64,000 bases of DNA, from assembly GCA_037441675.1 (NCBI GenBank), contig JBBIRS010000002.1, positions 172,633 to 236,632 of the forward strand, in the 5' to 3' direction. Under the pieces are notes generated by a model, which was given only the letters and a program-made list of their open reading frames with translations, made no database searches and had not been told where the DNA came from. The number at the start of each line of letters is the position of its first letter. Within the stretch, counting starts at the first letter, position 1. The position numbers and the translations under genes were made by a program. The stretch is from Planctomycetales bacterium (GTDB lineage Bacteria > 4484-113). Below, one piece after another: positions 1 to 9,162 of the stretch.

Positions 1-2248
1 CTCCCAACTCTTCAGATGTTTTACTAGCTACTTCACTGAAACCTGAAATTAACATATCAATAAATGCCCTTGCTAATTGGCGTACAAGCGGAGGTAAATC
101 TAAATGTGAAGTTAACGAGAGATTTCTATCAGAGAGAGTAAAAGGAACGAAACCATTGCTCAGAAGTCTCTCAATTGCTCTCGTGATAGCACTTCGCCAA
201 TCTAATATAAGAAGATAATCCTTCTCAAATATCCTATAAGGAAGCGGTTCGCATTTGTCAGCTTGAGATGCGCACATCTCAAGTTCAATCGCTGGTTGAG
301 CTTCATAACTTGCTTGATTGCAGATTCCCAGAATTGCGGAAAAGGCATCAAAAAGCCTACCTAGAGAAGTGGAAGGGACTAATCCGACACCGTCACGTAT
401 CATCTTCAGTACTACTCTTCCTCCTTCCACATTCTTTGGGCTAAGATAACTAAGAGCATCCTCTGCCAAAGAAGGCTCAGTAGAATAAATTGCGGATAAT
501 CCCAGCCTCCAAGGCTCGTGTATACTTGCCTCTCCACCGGGAAGATTGAGAGTGTAAATAGTTGCAACACGTTCGAACGAATTTAAGTCACCCACCAAGA
601 CCTCCGCACCCCAGATTGTTCCGTCATCGCCATAACCTGTTCCGTCAAATGAAAGAGCTATCACTTGTCCATTAATATGGTTCTCAATGTAGGCAGAGGC
701 AAGATGCGAATGATGATGTTGAGCCTCTATGAATTTTGCATCATTTTTCTTGGCAAAAACTCTTGCAAGCTTCTTTGAATAATACAAAGGATGCTTGTCC
801 GCAACTACTACTTCCGGTTTCTGGCGGAAAAGCTTTTGGTAGTGCTCAAGTGTTCTTCTATGAAAAGCTTGAGCAAAAATATTTTCCATATCTCCAAGAT
901 GAGGACTAATGACAGCGAACCTTCCAATAGATAAGCAGAAGGTTGACTTCAAGTCCGCCCCAAAACCTAATATAGATTGGGCAAGACATTCTTCATCCTC
1001 CCTTGTTGCAAGCGCTACGGGATAGGGGGCATAACCTCTACCAATCCGCAAAGTTCTGGGAACTCCCATTATGAATCTCACAATGGAATCATCGCTCGGC
1101 GCAACTATTCTCCTATTATGCATTAGGAAATAGTCTGCGATACCTGCGAGCCTTAAGAGCGCTTCCTCATTTTCAAAGGCTAAAGGTTCTTCGGAAAGAT
1201 TTCCACTCGTCATAACTAAAACCTGAAGAGTCCTATCCTCACCATCAGCCAAGGGGGTGTTGAACAAAAGAAGATGCAAGGGTGAATAAGGAACCATAAC
1301 ACCAAAAAGACTAGTTCTCGGCGCAACCAGAGGAGAAATCTTCTCACTAATTACGGTGTCTTTCTTTTCTAAAAGGACTATCGGGCTTATTGGGCTAGCA
1401 AGAAGAGCCATCTCATCTGAGTTAATTTTTACAAGCTGACTCAGAAGGGCAATGTCCTTTACCACTATTGCTAAAGGCTTAAAGCGCGCTCTTCTCTTTC
1501 TCTCTCGTAACCTCTCAACCACAGAATTATTAAATGCGTCACAGGCAAGATGAAATCCGCCAATGCCTTTAATCGCTAGAATTGCGCCATCGGCTAGAAG
1601 CCTTACCGCCTTTTCAAGCGCATCCTCTCTTTCCGCTATGATTTCTCCATTGGTATTTGTTAGGAACACCTGAGGTCCACATACATGGCAGGCGTTTGGC
1701 TGGGCGTGATACCTTCTATTTGCCGAGTCCTCATATTCCGCTCGGCACTCTTCACACATTAAAAAGTCCTTCATAGTGGTATTCGGTCGGTCATAGGGAA
1801 GAGCTTCTATGATTGAATAACGAGGTCCACAGTTGGTACAGTTAATAAATGGATAGCGATATCTGCGGTCATTCCTGTCAAGAAGTTCCTTTGCGCAATC
1901 ATTACAAATGGCTGTATCTGGCGAGACTAAAGTGACTTCTCCTTCAGCTTCTTCGCTCTCTTTGATATGAAAACCCAAAAGACCCACAGGCGGAAGAATT
2001 TCCTTGAAGGAACTTGTTATTCGGGAGATGGGAGGAGCTTCGCTATGGACTCTTTCAAAAAAATTAAGACAAGCTTCCATCTCTCCCTCAACTTCACAAA
2101 GGACACCCGTAGTTGAATTTAGGACCCAGCCCGAAAGCTTCTCTTCCCTAGCAATGCGAGCAAGCGTTGGACGGAAACCAACACCTTGCACAATACCGGT
2201 GAAGTAGCACCTTAGGCGAACAACATCTGTATGAGCCTTATCAGTCAA
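1..2248 (-). CDS. hypF: [NiFe]-hydrogenase maturation carbamoyltransferase HypF. The 3' end runs off the window; the start is a probable TTG at 2246-2248.
   Basis: A minus-strand translation is continuous for about 750 aa. It shows the acylphosphatase motif (RLRCYFTGIVQGVGFRP), two CxxC-x18-CxxC zinc fingers (CNDCAKEL...CTNCGPRYS and CEECRAEY...CHVCGP), a YrdC/Sua5 motif (AIKGIGGFHLACDA) and a Kae1-like C-terminal domain. It is absent from the ORF track because no stop lies inside the window. Confidence 0.85.
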   Translation of the reverse strand, partial: MTDKAHTDVVRLRCYFTGIVQGVGFRPTLARIAREEKLSGWVLNSTTGVLCEVEGEMEACLNFFERVHSEAPPISRITSSFKEILPPVGLLGFHIKESEEAEGEVTLVSPDTAICNDCAKELLDRNDRRYRYPFINCTNCGPRYSIIEALPYDRPNTTMKDFLMCEECRAEYEDSANRRYHAQPNACHVCGPQVFLTNTNGEIIAEREDALEKAVRLLADGAILAIKGIGGFHLACDAFNNSVVERLRERKRRARFKPLAIVVKDIALLSQLVKINSDEMALLASPISPIVLLEKKDTVISEKISPLVAPRTSLFGVMVPYSPLHLLLFNTPLADGEDRTLQVLVMTSGNLSEEPLAFENEEALLRLAGIADYFLMHNRRIVAPSDDSIVRFIMGVPRTLRIGRGYAPYPVALATREDEECLAQSILGFGADLKSTFCLSIGRFAVISPHLGDMENIFAQAFHRRTLEHYQKLFRQKPEVVVADKHPLYYSKKLARVFAKKNDAKFIEAQHHHSHLASAYIENHINGQVIALSFDGTGYGDDGTIWGAEVLVGDLNSFERVATIYTLNLPGGEASIHEPWRLGLSAIYSTEPSLAEDALSYLSPKNVEGGRVVLKMIRDGVGLVPSTSLGRLFDAFSAILGICNQASYEAQPAIELEMCASQADKCEPLPYRIFEKDYLLILDWRSAITRAIERLLSNGFVPFTLSDRNLSLTSHLDLPPLVRQLARAFIDMLISGFSEVASKTSEELG

Positions 2249-2305
2249 CAGGAAAGATTATACCTTGCCAGAGATCATTCTTGACAGCCAACGCCGTCTA
2301 TGATA

Positions 2306-2347
2306 TATTGACTGACTGGCCAGTCAATGACTGAACAGTCAGTCAGA
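2306..2347. promoter_or_regulatory. Inverted-repeat operator-like site in the hypF / TetR-RND divergent intergenic region (TTGACTGACTGGCCAGTCAATGACTGAACAGTCAGTCAG)
   Basis: Near-perfect palindromic half-sites (TTGACTG / CAGTCAA and ACTGACTG / CAGTCAGT) sit about 50 bp upstream of the TetR-family gene, which is typical for an autoregulated TetR operator. Confidence 0.45.
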
Positions 2348-2396
2348 TACAATAAGCTTTTTTATAAGTTTATCCAAAACGTTTATTGAGACTAAT

Positions 2397-3050
2397 ATGT
2401 CGCTGAAAGAAAAAATTTCAGCTATGCCTGAAAAGGCGAGAGAAATACTTACCGCAGCATTACCCATCTTTGCGGATAAAGGATACTATCAGACTACGAT
2501 ATACGATATCGCACACCGCGCCGGTATCGCTAAGGGAACCATTTACTTATACTTCTCAAACAAAGAAGACCTTTATCTAAACCTTCTACTCTTTGTCTCG
2601 CATCAAATTAACGAGGGTATCAGGAAAAAGATTCAAAGTGTCGAAGACACTTGGGAAAAACTGAATATCGCTATGGATATTCACTTCTCCAACCTTATCA
2701 GGTTCAAGTCACACTATTTAGTAACAGATTCAACATTAGCAAAGCCATTTAGGGAGGCGGAAGCTTTTCGCCTTGCCAAGATAGAGCATATAAAAATCTA
2801 CGAAGAAATACTTGAACAGCATTTTAGAAAACTCGGCTTAGGTGCCCCATTCTCTTTGCGAACCGCAGCGCTCATAATTACTGGTGGTCTTACCAGTTAT
2901 GCTCGCTTTCACTTCCTGAAAGATTATGCACCTAGCCCGGCTGAGTACCTTCAGGTATTCAAACAAATCATCAGAAATGCTCTCGTAATGAAGCCATCAA
3001 GAATGAATTCTCCTACCACTTTAAAGCCGAAAAGGGGGAAAAATGAATAA
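2397..3050 (+). CDS. TetR/AcrR family transcriptional regulator
   Basis: N-terminal TetR helix-turn-helix (AREILTAALPIFADKGYYQTTIYDIAHRAGIAKGTIYLYFSNKEDLY). It is about 217 aa and lies directly upstream of the RND efflux genes, overlapping the next gene by 8 nt. Confidence 0.85.
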   Translation: MSLKEKISAMPEKAREILTAALPIFADKGYYQTTIYDIAHRAGIAKGTIYLYFSNKEDLYLNLLLFVSHQINEGIRKKIQSVEDTWEKLNIAMDIHFSNLIRFKSHYLVTDSTLAKPFREAEAFRLAKIEHIKIYEEILEQHFRKLGLGAPFSLRTAALIITGGLTSYARFHFLKDYAPSPAEYLQVFKQIIRNALVMKPSRMNSPTTLKPKRGKNE

Positions 3051-4650
3051 GGTTTTTATTAAAAACGCACTTTACCTTCTGCCTATTTTTTATTCCTTCT
3101 TCTTAAGTGGAAATATGAGCAAGATTGCTTATTCTGAAGATACTTTGACTAAAGCGGGAGAGGTAAAAACCTCACTTTCCACCGAAGCTAGCGATACGCA
3201 CAACGAAGTGACCGATCTGGGCAAGAAGGAGGAACCAGGCGCAGAGGACGTAAATGAGGCGCAATCCAGCATTACTCCCACGGATTCTCATACAACCAAG
3301 AATGCGGTCAGAATAACAATTGAGGAGCTCATTGATATTGCGCTAGCGAATAACTACGACCTTAGAATTAAACAGAAGGAGGCTGAAACCGCTTTCTACG
3401 AATACCTGAAGATAAAGGGTGAGGCAGGACTGAGTCTTGATTTTACAAGCTCAATCACACGAAGTGGACCTCTGGTGAAATTTAAGTTTGATGCCGCTGG
3501 GTCTGAAACAACTTTTCAGAAAGAGGTGATTAGCAGGTCATCACTTCGCTTGTCCTATCCACTCACACCTCTCGGCAATCTAAGTTTAGGTGAAAAAGCA
3601 GCAGAGGCAAACTACCTGGCAAGGCAAGGACTTGTAGACAAGGAAGTTGCAAGCGCAATCACCGAAACCTATCAAGGCTACAAGAGCTATCTCATTGCCG
3701 AACAGGGAGTCGCACTAGCGGAGGAAGCCCTAGTTCTTGCGGAGGAACAGCTTAAAAACGCCACATTGCGCTTTGAGGAAGGCATATCTCCTCGTTTTGA
3801 GGTAATTCAAGGTGAAGTTGCGGTTTCAGAAGCCAAGGAAAATCTCATAAGTGCCTACAACACACTTGCGCTTGCCAGAAGCTCGCTCTTTCTAACGGTC
3901 GGTATAGATCCCTCAAATTACTTCAATGGAGCGGATGTTGAAATTACTTACGATGCCTGGGTTGATTCGCTAGTTAAACAAGTTTCAGAAGTAGTTTTAC
4001 CTCGGCTTGATGTTCAGGCGTTAACGAATTACTTCCTTGAAAGTACTCCCGATTTTCGCTTTCTCAAGAGCAACATACTTTCGCTTGAGGCTCAACTGGG
4101 CGCAAGAAAGCGATCGCCTATTCTCAATCTAACCGCAAGCTATACACATCAAAGTGGGTCAAGCTTCCAGAAGAGCAACACTTGGGAATACGGGCTAAGC
4201 GGAACTTTTAATCTTTTTGATTCAGGCAAGACTGAGAATTGGTTAAGAGCAATCAAAGCCCAGAAGGAGCAATTTGAGCTATCTCTTGAGCGTTACAAAC
4301 AAGCCTTTGAATTAAGTATTACGGACAAGAAAAGCCAATTGGAGAGCGCGGTTTACGGTTGGCAAACTGCTAAGAATACCCTCTCCCAAGCGGAGGAGGC
4401 TCTTCGGATGTCTAGAATAGGATATGAAGAGGGAGTTGTTACCCACGCTGACTTAGTCTCATCACGCACCGCATACCTCTCCGCAAAGCTAAGAGAGTTC
4501 TCACAAAGGCTTGAGATTCTCTCAGCTTATCATTCGCTGCTAAGAGAAATTGGTATGACGGATGCAAGCTTATACCTGCCAAAGGATGTATCTGACTTTT
4601 ATTGGATTCCAAGACCGATTGAGGAGGGACAGAGTGAGCAGAACAGCTAA
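3043..4650 (+). CDS. Outer membrane efflux protein (TolC-like outer membrane factor)
   Basis: 535 aa with an N-terminal signal or hydrophobic segment. Two TolC-like helical/coiled repeat halves; it is the first gene of the MFP-RND operon and has a GGGGG RBS. Confidence 0.7.
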   Translation: MNKVFIKNALYLLPIFYSFFLSGNMSKIAYSEDTLTKAGEVKTSLSTEASDTHNEVTDLGKKEEPGAEDVNEAQSSITPTDSHTTKNAVRITIEELIDIALANNYDLRIKQKEAETAFYEYLKIKGEAGLSLDFTSSITRSGPLVKFKFDAAGSETTFQKEVISRSSLRLSYPLTPLGNLSLGEKAAEANYLARQGLVDKEVASAITETYQGYKSYLIAEQGVALAEEALVLAEEQLKNATLRFEEGISPRFEVIQGEVAVSEAKENLISAYNTLALARSSLFLTVGIDPSNYFNGADVEITYDAWVDSLVKQVSEVVLPRLDVQALTNYFLESTPDFRFLKSNILSLEAQLGARKRSPILNLTASYTHQSGSSFQKSNTWEYGLSGTFNLFDSGKTENWLRAIKAQKEQFELSLERYKQAFELSITDKKSQLESAVYGWQTAKNTLSQAEEALRMSRIGYEEGVVTHADLVSSRTAYLSAKLREFSQRLEILSAYHSLLREIGMTDASLYLPKDVSDFYWIPRPIEEGQSEQNS

Positions 4651-5932
4651 AACAATCATTCTAACATTCGGAGGTTCACTTGGATTAATAATTCTTTCAG
4701 GGCTCTTCGTTGTCGTGAGAAATTTCCTGAAGCCCGAGGTAGTTAAAGTGCCACCAATATCAGTAGAGACTATCACCTCAGAAGTAAAACCTTTTTATGA
4801 AACCTACGTTTATACAGGAACGATAGTCGCAGACAAGTCAACGGTAATCCCAGCGCAGATTGAGTCCACCGTGAAAAAGATATTAGTTGACGAAGGAGAT
4901 AATGTTAAGGGTGGGCAACTGCTAGTTGTTCTGGATGATGCCCAGTATCGTAATGAAGTCTCAGTCGCCAAGGCTTCGTATGAAATGGCAAAGCAGTCCC
5001 TAGCTTTAGCCCGTTCCGCGCGACCCGAACAGATAGCTCAGGCGGAGGCAAATTATCGCTCCTCAAAAATCTCGGCACAAAATGCACTAAGACACTATGA
5101 GAGAATGAAGGTGCTCTTTAGCGAGGGGGTTATCCCCAAAGCTCAACTGGAATCAGCTGAGTCGCAGTATGAAAATGCTCAATCTCTATTGACATCTGCT
5201 GAAGAGGGCTTGAAGATGGCGAGAACTGGCGCCCGAGCTGAGGAGAAAAAATCATTACAAGCGGCACTTGAACTAGCGTCCGCACAGCTTCAAATTGCGC
5301 AAAGGCACTTGAGCTATACGCGCATCTACGCTCCCTATGACGGAGAGATTTCAAATAAAATGGTTGAAGTAGGCGATTTTGTCGGCAAGGGGCAACAGGT
5401 AATTGAGATAGTATCTTCAAGAAATTTGAAAATTGAGATTTACGTGCCATCAGAAAAGGTGGGGCTACTTGAGATTGGGCAGAGTGCTGAGGTAAGAGTT
5501 GAGAGATTGGATGAACCTTTAGAGGCAACCATAACTAGTATTGTCGAATCCGCTGACCCTCTCACCAGACTCTTCAAGGTCAATTTATCTTTGCCTTACA
5601 GGACAGGGCTCCTGCCAAACGATTTTGCCGAGGTGACGCTTAAGTGGAAATTGGGAGATGGAACGGTTGTGCTTCCTGCTTCGGCAATACTCTCGCCAGG
5701 CACGGAAGAGCCATACATCTTCGTAGTTGAAAATGGGAGGGCAAAGCGCGTAAACGTAACTCTAGGTTTGAGAAACGGCGAGTGGGCACAAATTCTTCAG
5801 CCTCTTAAGGGCGGGGAAGAAGTAGTCGTATCTGGACAAAACTTCCTTACGGATGGTTCCCTAGTCAATGTAAACACTACTTCAAACATTGAGACGGAAC
5901 TTGAAAAAGGATCTCTCAGGAATACGGAGTAA
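4634..5932 (+). CDS. Efflux RND transporter periplasmic adaptor (HlyD/AcrA-type membrane fusion protein)
   Basis: Single N-terminal TM, coiled-coil hairpin, then biotinyl-lipoyl-like and beta-barrel domains. A GTG start at 4634 with a GGAGGG RBS is preferred over the ORF-track start at 4562, which overlaps the OMF gene. Confidence 0.8.
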   Translation: MSRTAKTIILTFGGSLGLIILSGLFVVVRNFLKPEVVKVPPISVETITSEVKPFYETYVYTGTIVADKSTVIPAQIESTVKKILVDEGDNVKGGQLLVVLDDAQYRNEVSVAKASYEMAKQSLALARSARPEQIAQAEANYRSSKISAQNALRHYERMKVLFSEGVIPKAQLESAESQYENAQSLLTSAEEGLKMARTGARAEEKKSLQAALELASAQLQIAQRHLSYTRIYAPYDGEISNKMVEVGDFVGKGQQVIEIVSSRNLKIEIYVPSEKVGLLEIGQSAEVRVERLDEPLEATITSIVESADPLTRLFKVNLSLPYRTGLLPNDFAEVTLKWKLGDGTVVLPASAILSPGTEEPYIFVVENGRAKRVNVTLGLRNGEWAQILQPLKGGEEVVVSGQNFLTDGSLVNVNTTSNIETELEKGSLRNTE

Positions 5933-5936
5933 CTTT

Positions 5937-8900
5937 ATGAACATCGCTCAACTTTCTATTAGAAGACCGGTATTTGTCGTAATGTTGATGCTATTTATGG
6001 TCGTCTTCGGACTTGTCTCCTATCGGCGATTGGGAATGAATATGTTTCCGAAGGTCGTCTTCCCCTTTATTACGGTTACAACTCTCTATCCTGGTGCAAG
6101 CCCAGACGTTGTTGAGTCACAAGTCACTAAGATACTTGAGGACAGCATTGCGATTACAGAAGGAATAGACAGAATGTCATCCTACTCCATGGAAGGCGTG
6201 AGCTTGGTGTTTGTCGAATTCGAATCCGACAAGGACATTGATGCTGCGGCTCAAGATGTTCGGGATAGAGTCAGCCAAGTATTAGATGACCTGCCGGACG
6301 ATGCTGAGGAGCCTGTAGTTGCGAAGTTTGACGTGAATGCAATGCCTATCCTTTACTTCACCGTATCATCCGAAACGATGGGGCAGAGGGAGCTACGAGA
6401 CTTTGTTGATAAACGTATCAAGAATGTAATTCAGCAGGCGCCCGGAGTTGCAGAGGTTACTACCTCGGGAGGGCTTGAGAGAGAGATACAGGTGATTCTC
6501 TCGCCATCAAAATTGGAAGCGTTCGGCATGAGCCCCGCAGTAATTGGTCAAATGCTTGCTCTTAGCAACGTAGACTTCCCAACAGGTTCTGTGAAAGAAG
6601 GAGGACTGGAGTACATTCTGCGTGTTCCTAATGTGTTTACGAGTGTTGCTGATATTTCCGAGACTGCTGTCGCGTCAGTATACGGTAAGACAGTAAGGCT
6701 TAGGGATATTGCAACTGTAATAGATTCTCAAAAGGAGAGAAAAACAGATGCACGCCTTAACTCTAACAGCGCTATCCTCCTATCAGTTATTAAGCGAGGG
6801 GACGCGGACTTAGTTTCCACAACCAACAGCGTGAAGTCGCGCGTCGCGGAAATAACAAGGGAATTGCCAGCGGGGATAAGTATAAACCTTGTCATTGATT
6901 ACTCAAAGTACGTTGTTGCATCCTTAGAAGATATAAATGTGAGTATTGTTCTCGGAGCTATCCTTGCAAGCTTGGTCGTTTGGCTCTTTGTAGGAAAGAT
7001 GCGCTTTACCATTCCAATAACTGTATCAATTCTTGTCGCGGTCATCGCGGATTACGCCGCTGTAAACTTCGCAGGTTTCACGCTCAACTTTATGAGTATG
7101 CTGGCGTTAGCGGTGGCGGTTGGCCTCATTGTGGACGATTCAATCGTTGTTCAAGAGAACATCTTAAAGGAGTTTGAATTAACCAACAATGCGGAAGAGG
7201 CAACTATTAAGGGAAGCTCTCAGGTGATGTTAGCGGTCATCGCTTCTACATCAACTATTATCGCTGTTTTTCTGCCGATTGCCTTTATGAGTGGGATCAT
7301 CGGACAGTTCTTTAAGGAGTTTGGTATCACGATTTCCTTTGCTATTGGCATATCCACCATAGTAGCGCTAACCCTTATTCCACTTGCCTTTTACCAGGTT
7401 AGTACTCGCCCCTCTATTGGAAAGAGAAGACCACTATGGGTAAAACCCATTGACTTTCTTTCAAGGGCTTTTGATGGTATTCACAAATCTTTTGTAAGAG
7501 GTTACTTAAACGTAGAAGAATTCTATACCAATATATTGAGAAGCGCATTGAAAAATCGCGCTAAAGTGGTGGCAGGCGGAGTGCTCTTCTTTCTTCTTTC
7601 TATTCCTCTTTTCATCATATCGGAAGTAAGGTTTACGCCAGAGATGGACCGGGGACGTTTTCAGGTTTTCATAGAGCTCCCGGTGGAAGCACCACTAGAA
7701 AGAACTGACGAAATCGTGAGGCAGGTTGAACGTATCGTTGCTTCACTTCCAGAGGTTGACAAAGTGCTCTCAGTCATAGGCATGAGCTTCGGAGGGTTTA
7801 TGGGCGGAAGGGAGCAGGGAAACATCGCTCAAGTTTTCGGCGTGCTTAAGGATAAAAGAGACCGTAAATTTCATTTGCGATGGTGGGGGATTGTCCCAGT
7901 TCTTTTCAAGTACACCGATATGGACATTGTGGAAAAGGCGAGAGAGAAGATTAGGAGTATACCTGGTGCGAAAATTTCTGTAAGTACTGAACAGATGGGT
8001 GGTAGAGCGCATCCAGTTGAGCTAGTATTTTCTGACCCGGATTATCAAAGACTCAGGCGTGTCACCAAGAAGGCACAGGAGATACTTTCCAGCATTAAAG
8101 GAGCAATAAACGTTGATAACACCGAACGACCTGGCAAGCTTCAACTAACCATCAAACCTAAAATTGAGAGAATGATTCAGTTAGGCATTACACCAGCGGA
8201 ATTAGGTCAGTACTTGCGCATTTTGTATGAGGGAATAAGTTTTAGCAAGTACAGAGAGGGTGGAGAGGAGTATGATATTACACTCTTATATCCTGAAAAC
8301 GAAAGAAGAAACCTACAATCGGTTAGGTCTATCAAAATCATTTCACCACGCCTGAATCAACCTATCTCTCTAGAAACAATCGCGGACATAAATCTCTCTC
8401 AAGGTCCTTCTCTAATCCAACACTCTGACAGGGTGCGGTCAATTAACGTTTACGCAGATGTCGCTAAAGGCGTAGGAACTGGAACCGTTCTTGCAAAGTG
8501 GAAAGCTGAGATGAAAGAGCAAGGCGTCATCCCCTCAACAACCAAAGTGACCCCTATTGGAGAATCGGACTTGATACAAGAGATGTTTGAACAGTTTTTA
8601 CTAGCGTTAATTCTTGGAGTAATCTTTAGTTATATGGTCTTGGCAAGTCAATTTAACTCTTACAAGCATCCATTAGTCATAATGATGAGCGTGCCACTTG
8701 CCACAACAGGCTCTCTCCTTTTCATCGTATCTCTTGGAAAGAGCTTTAATTTAATGAGTTTCCTTGGCATTGTGATGCTTACCGGGCTAGTAACTAAAAA
8801 CTCCATACTACTTATTGATTTTGCCAATCAGGCGAGGGTTATGGGACAAAGCATTGAGGATGCGCTTGTGTCCGCTGGCAGACGAAGAATGCGACCTATC

Positions 8901-9128
8901 CTAATGACTAGCTTTACCACCATCTTTGCTCTTCTACCCGTGGCGTTTGGGCTTGGTGAGGGCGCAGACTTCCGAAGCCCGCTTGCGGTCGCTGTGATAG
9001 GCGGAATGGTTTTCTCTACTTTATTAACACTCATTATCATCCCAGTCGTTTATGTGATTGTTGAAAACTTTAGCCTTGCTAGAATAAGAATACCTAAAAG
9101 TATAAATTCAAGCCACGCAGAAGTGTAG
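5937..9128 (+). CDS. Efflux RND transporter permease subunit (AcrB/HAE1 family)
   Basis: About 1064 aa with the 12-TM RND topology and two large periplasmic loops. The N-terminus (MNIAQLSIRRPVFVVMLMLFMVVFG) is typical of AcrB. The ATG at 5937 is preferred. Confidence 0.9.
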   Translation: MNIAQLSIRRPVFVVMLMLFMVVFGLVSYRRLGMNMFPKVVFPFITVTTLYPGASPDVVESQVTKILEDSIAITEGIDRMSSYSMEGVSLVFVEFESDKDIDAAAQDVRDRVSQVLDDLPDDAEEPVVAKFDVNAMPILYFTVSSETMGQRELRDFVDKRIKNVIQQAPGVAEVTTSGGLEREIQVILSPSKLEAFGMSPAVIGQMLALSNVDFPTGSVKEGGLEYILRVPNVFTSVADISETAVASVYGKTVRLRDIATVIDSQKERKTDARLNSNSAILLSVIKRGDADLVSTTNSVKSRVAEITRELPAGISINLVIDYSKYVVASLEDINVSIVLGAILASLVVWLFVGKMRFTIPITVSILVAVIADYAAVNFAGFTLNFMSMLALAVAVGLIVDDSIVVQENILKEFELTNNAEEATIKGSSQVMLAVIASTSTIIAVFLPIAFMSGIIGQFFKEFGITISFAIGISTIVALTLIPLAFYQVSTRPSIGKRRPLWVKPIDFLSRAFDGIHKSFVRGYLNVEEFYTNILRSALKNRAKVVAGGVLFFLLSIPLFIISEVRFTPEMDRGRFQVFIELPVEAPLERTDEIVRQVERIVASLPEVDKVLSVIGMSFGGFMGGREQGNIAQVFGVLKDKRDRKFHLRWWGIVPVLFKYTDMDIVEKAREKIRSIPGAKISVSTEQMGGRAHPVELVFSDPDYQRLRRVTKKAQEILSSIKGAINVDNTERPGKLQLTIKPKIERMIQLGITPAELGQYLRILYEGISFSKYREGGEEYDITLLYPENERRNLQSVRSIKIISPRLNQPISLETIADINLSQGPSLIQHSDRVRSINVYADVAKGVGTGTVLAKWKAEMKEQGVIPSTTKVTPIGESDLIQEMFEQFLLALILGVIFSYMVLASQFNSYKHPLVIMMSVPLATTGSLLFIVSLGKSFNLMSFLGIVMLTGLVTKNSILLIDFANQARVMGQSIEDALVSAGRRRMRPILMTSFTTIFALLPVAFGLGEGADFRSPLAVAVIGGMVFSTLLTLIIIPVVYVIVENFSLARIRIPKSINSSHAEV

Positions 9129-9162
9129 AATAGGAATAGCTATTAGCGTTAAACCTCTTTCA

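Noticed and set aside
4562-4633. Upstream extension of the MFP gene overlapping the end of the OMF gene by 89 nt
   Set aside because: The GTG at 4634 is preceded by a GGAGGG RBS at the right spacing, and the first TM helix begins shortly after it. The longer start would give an atypical Cys/Arg-rich leader.
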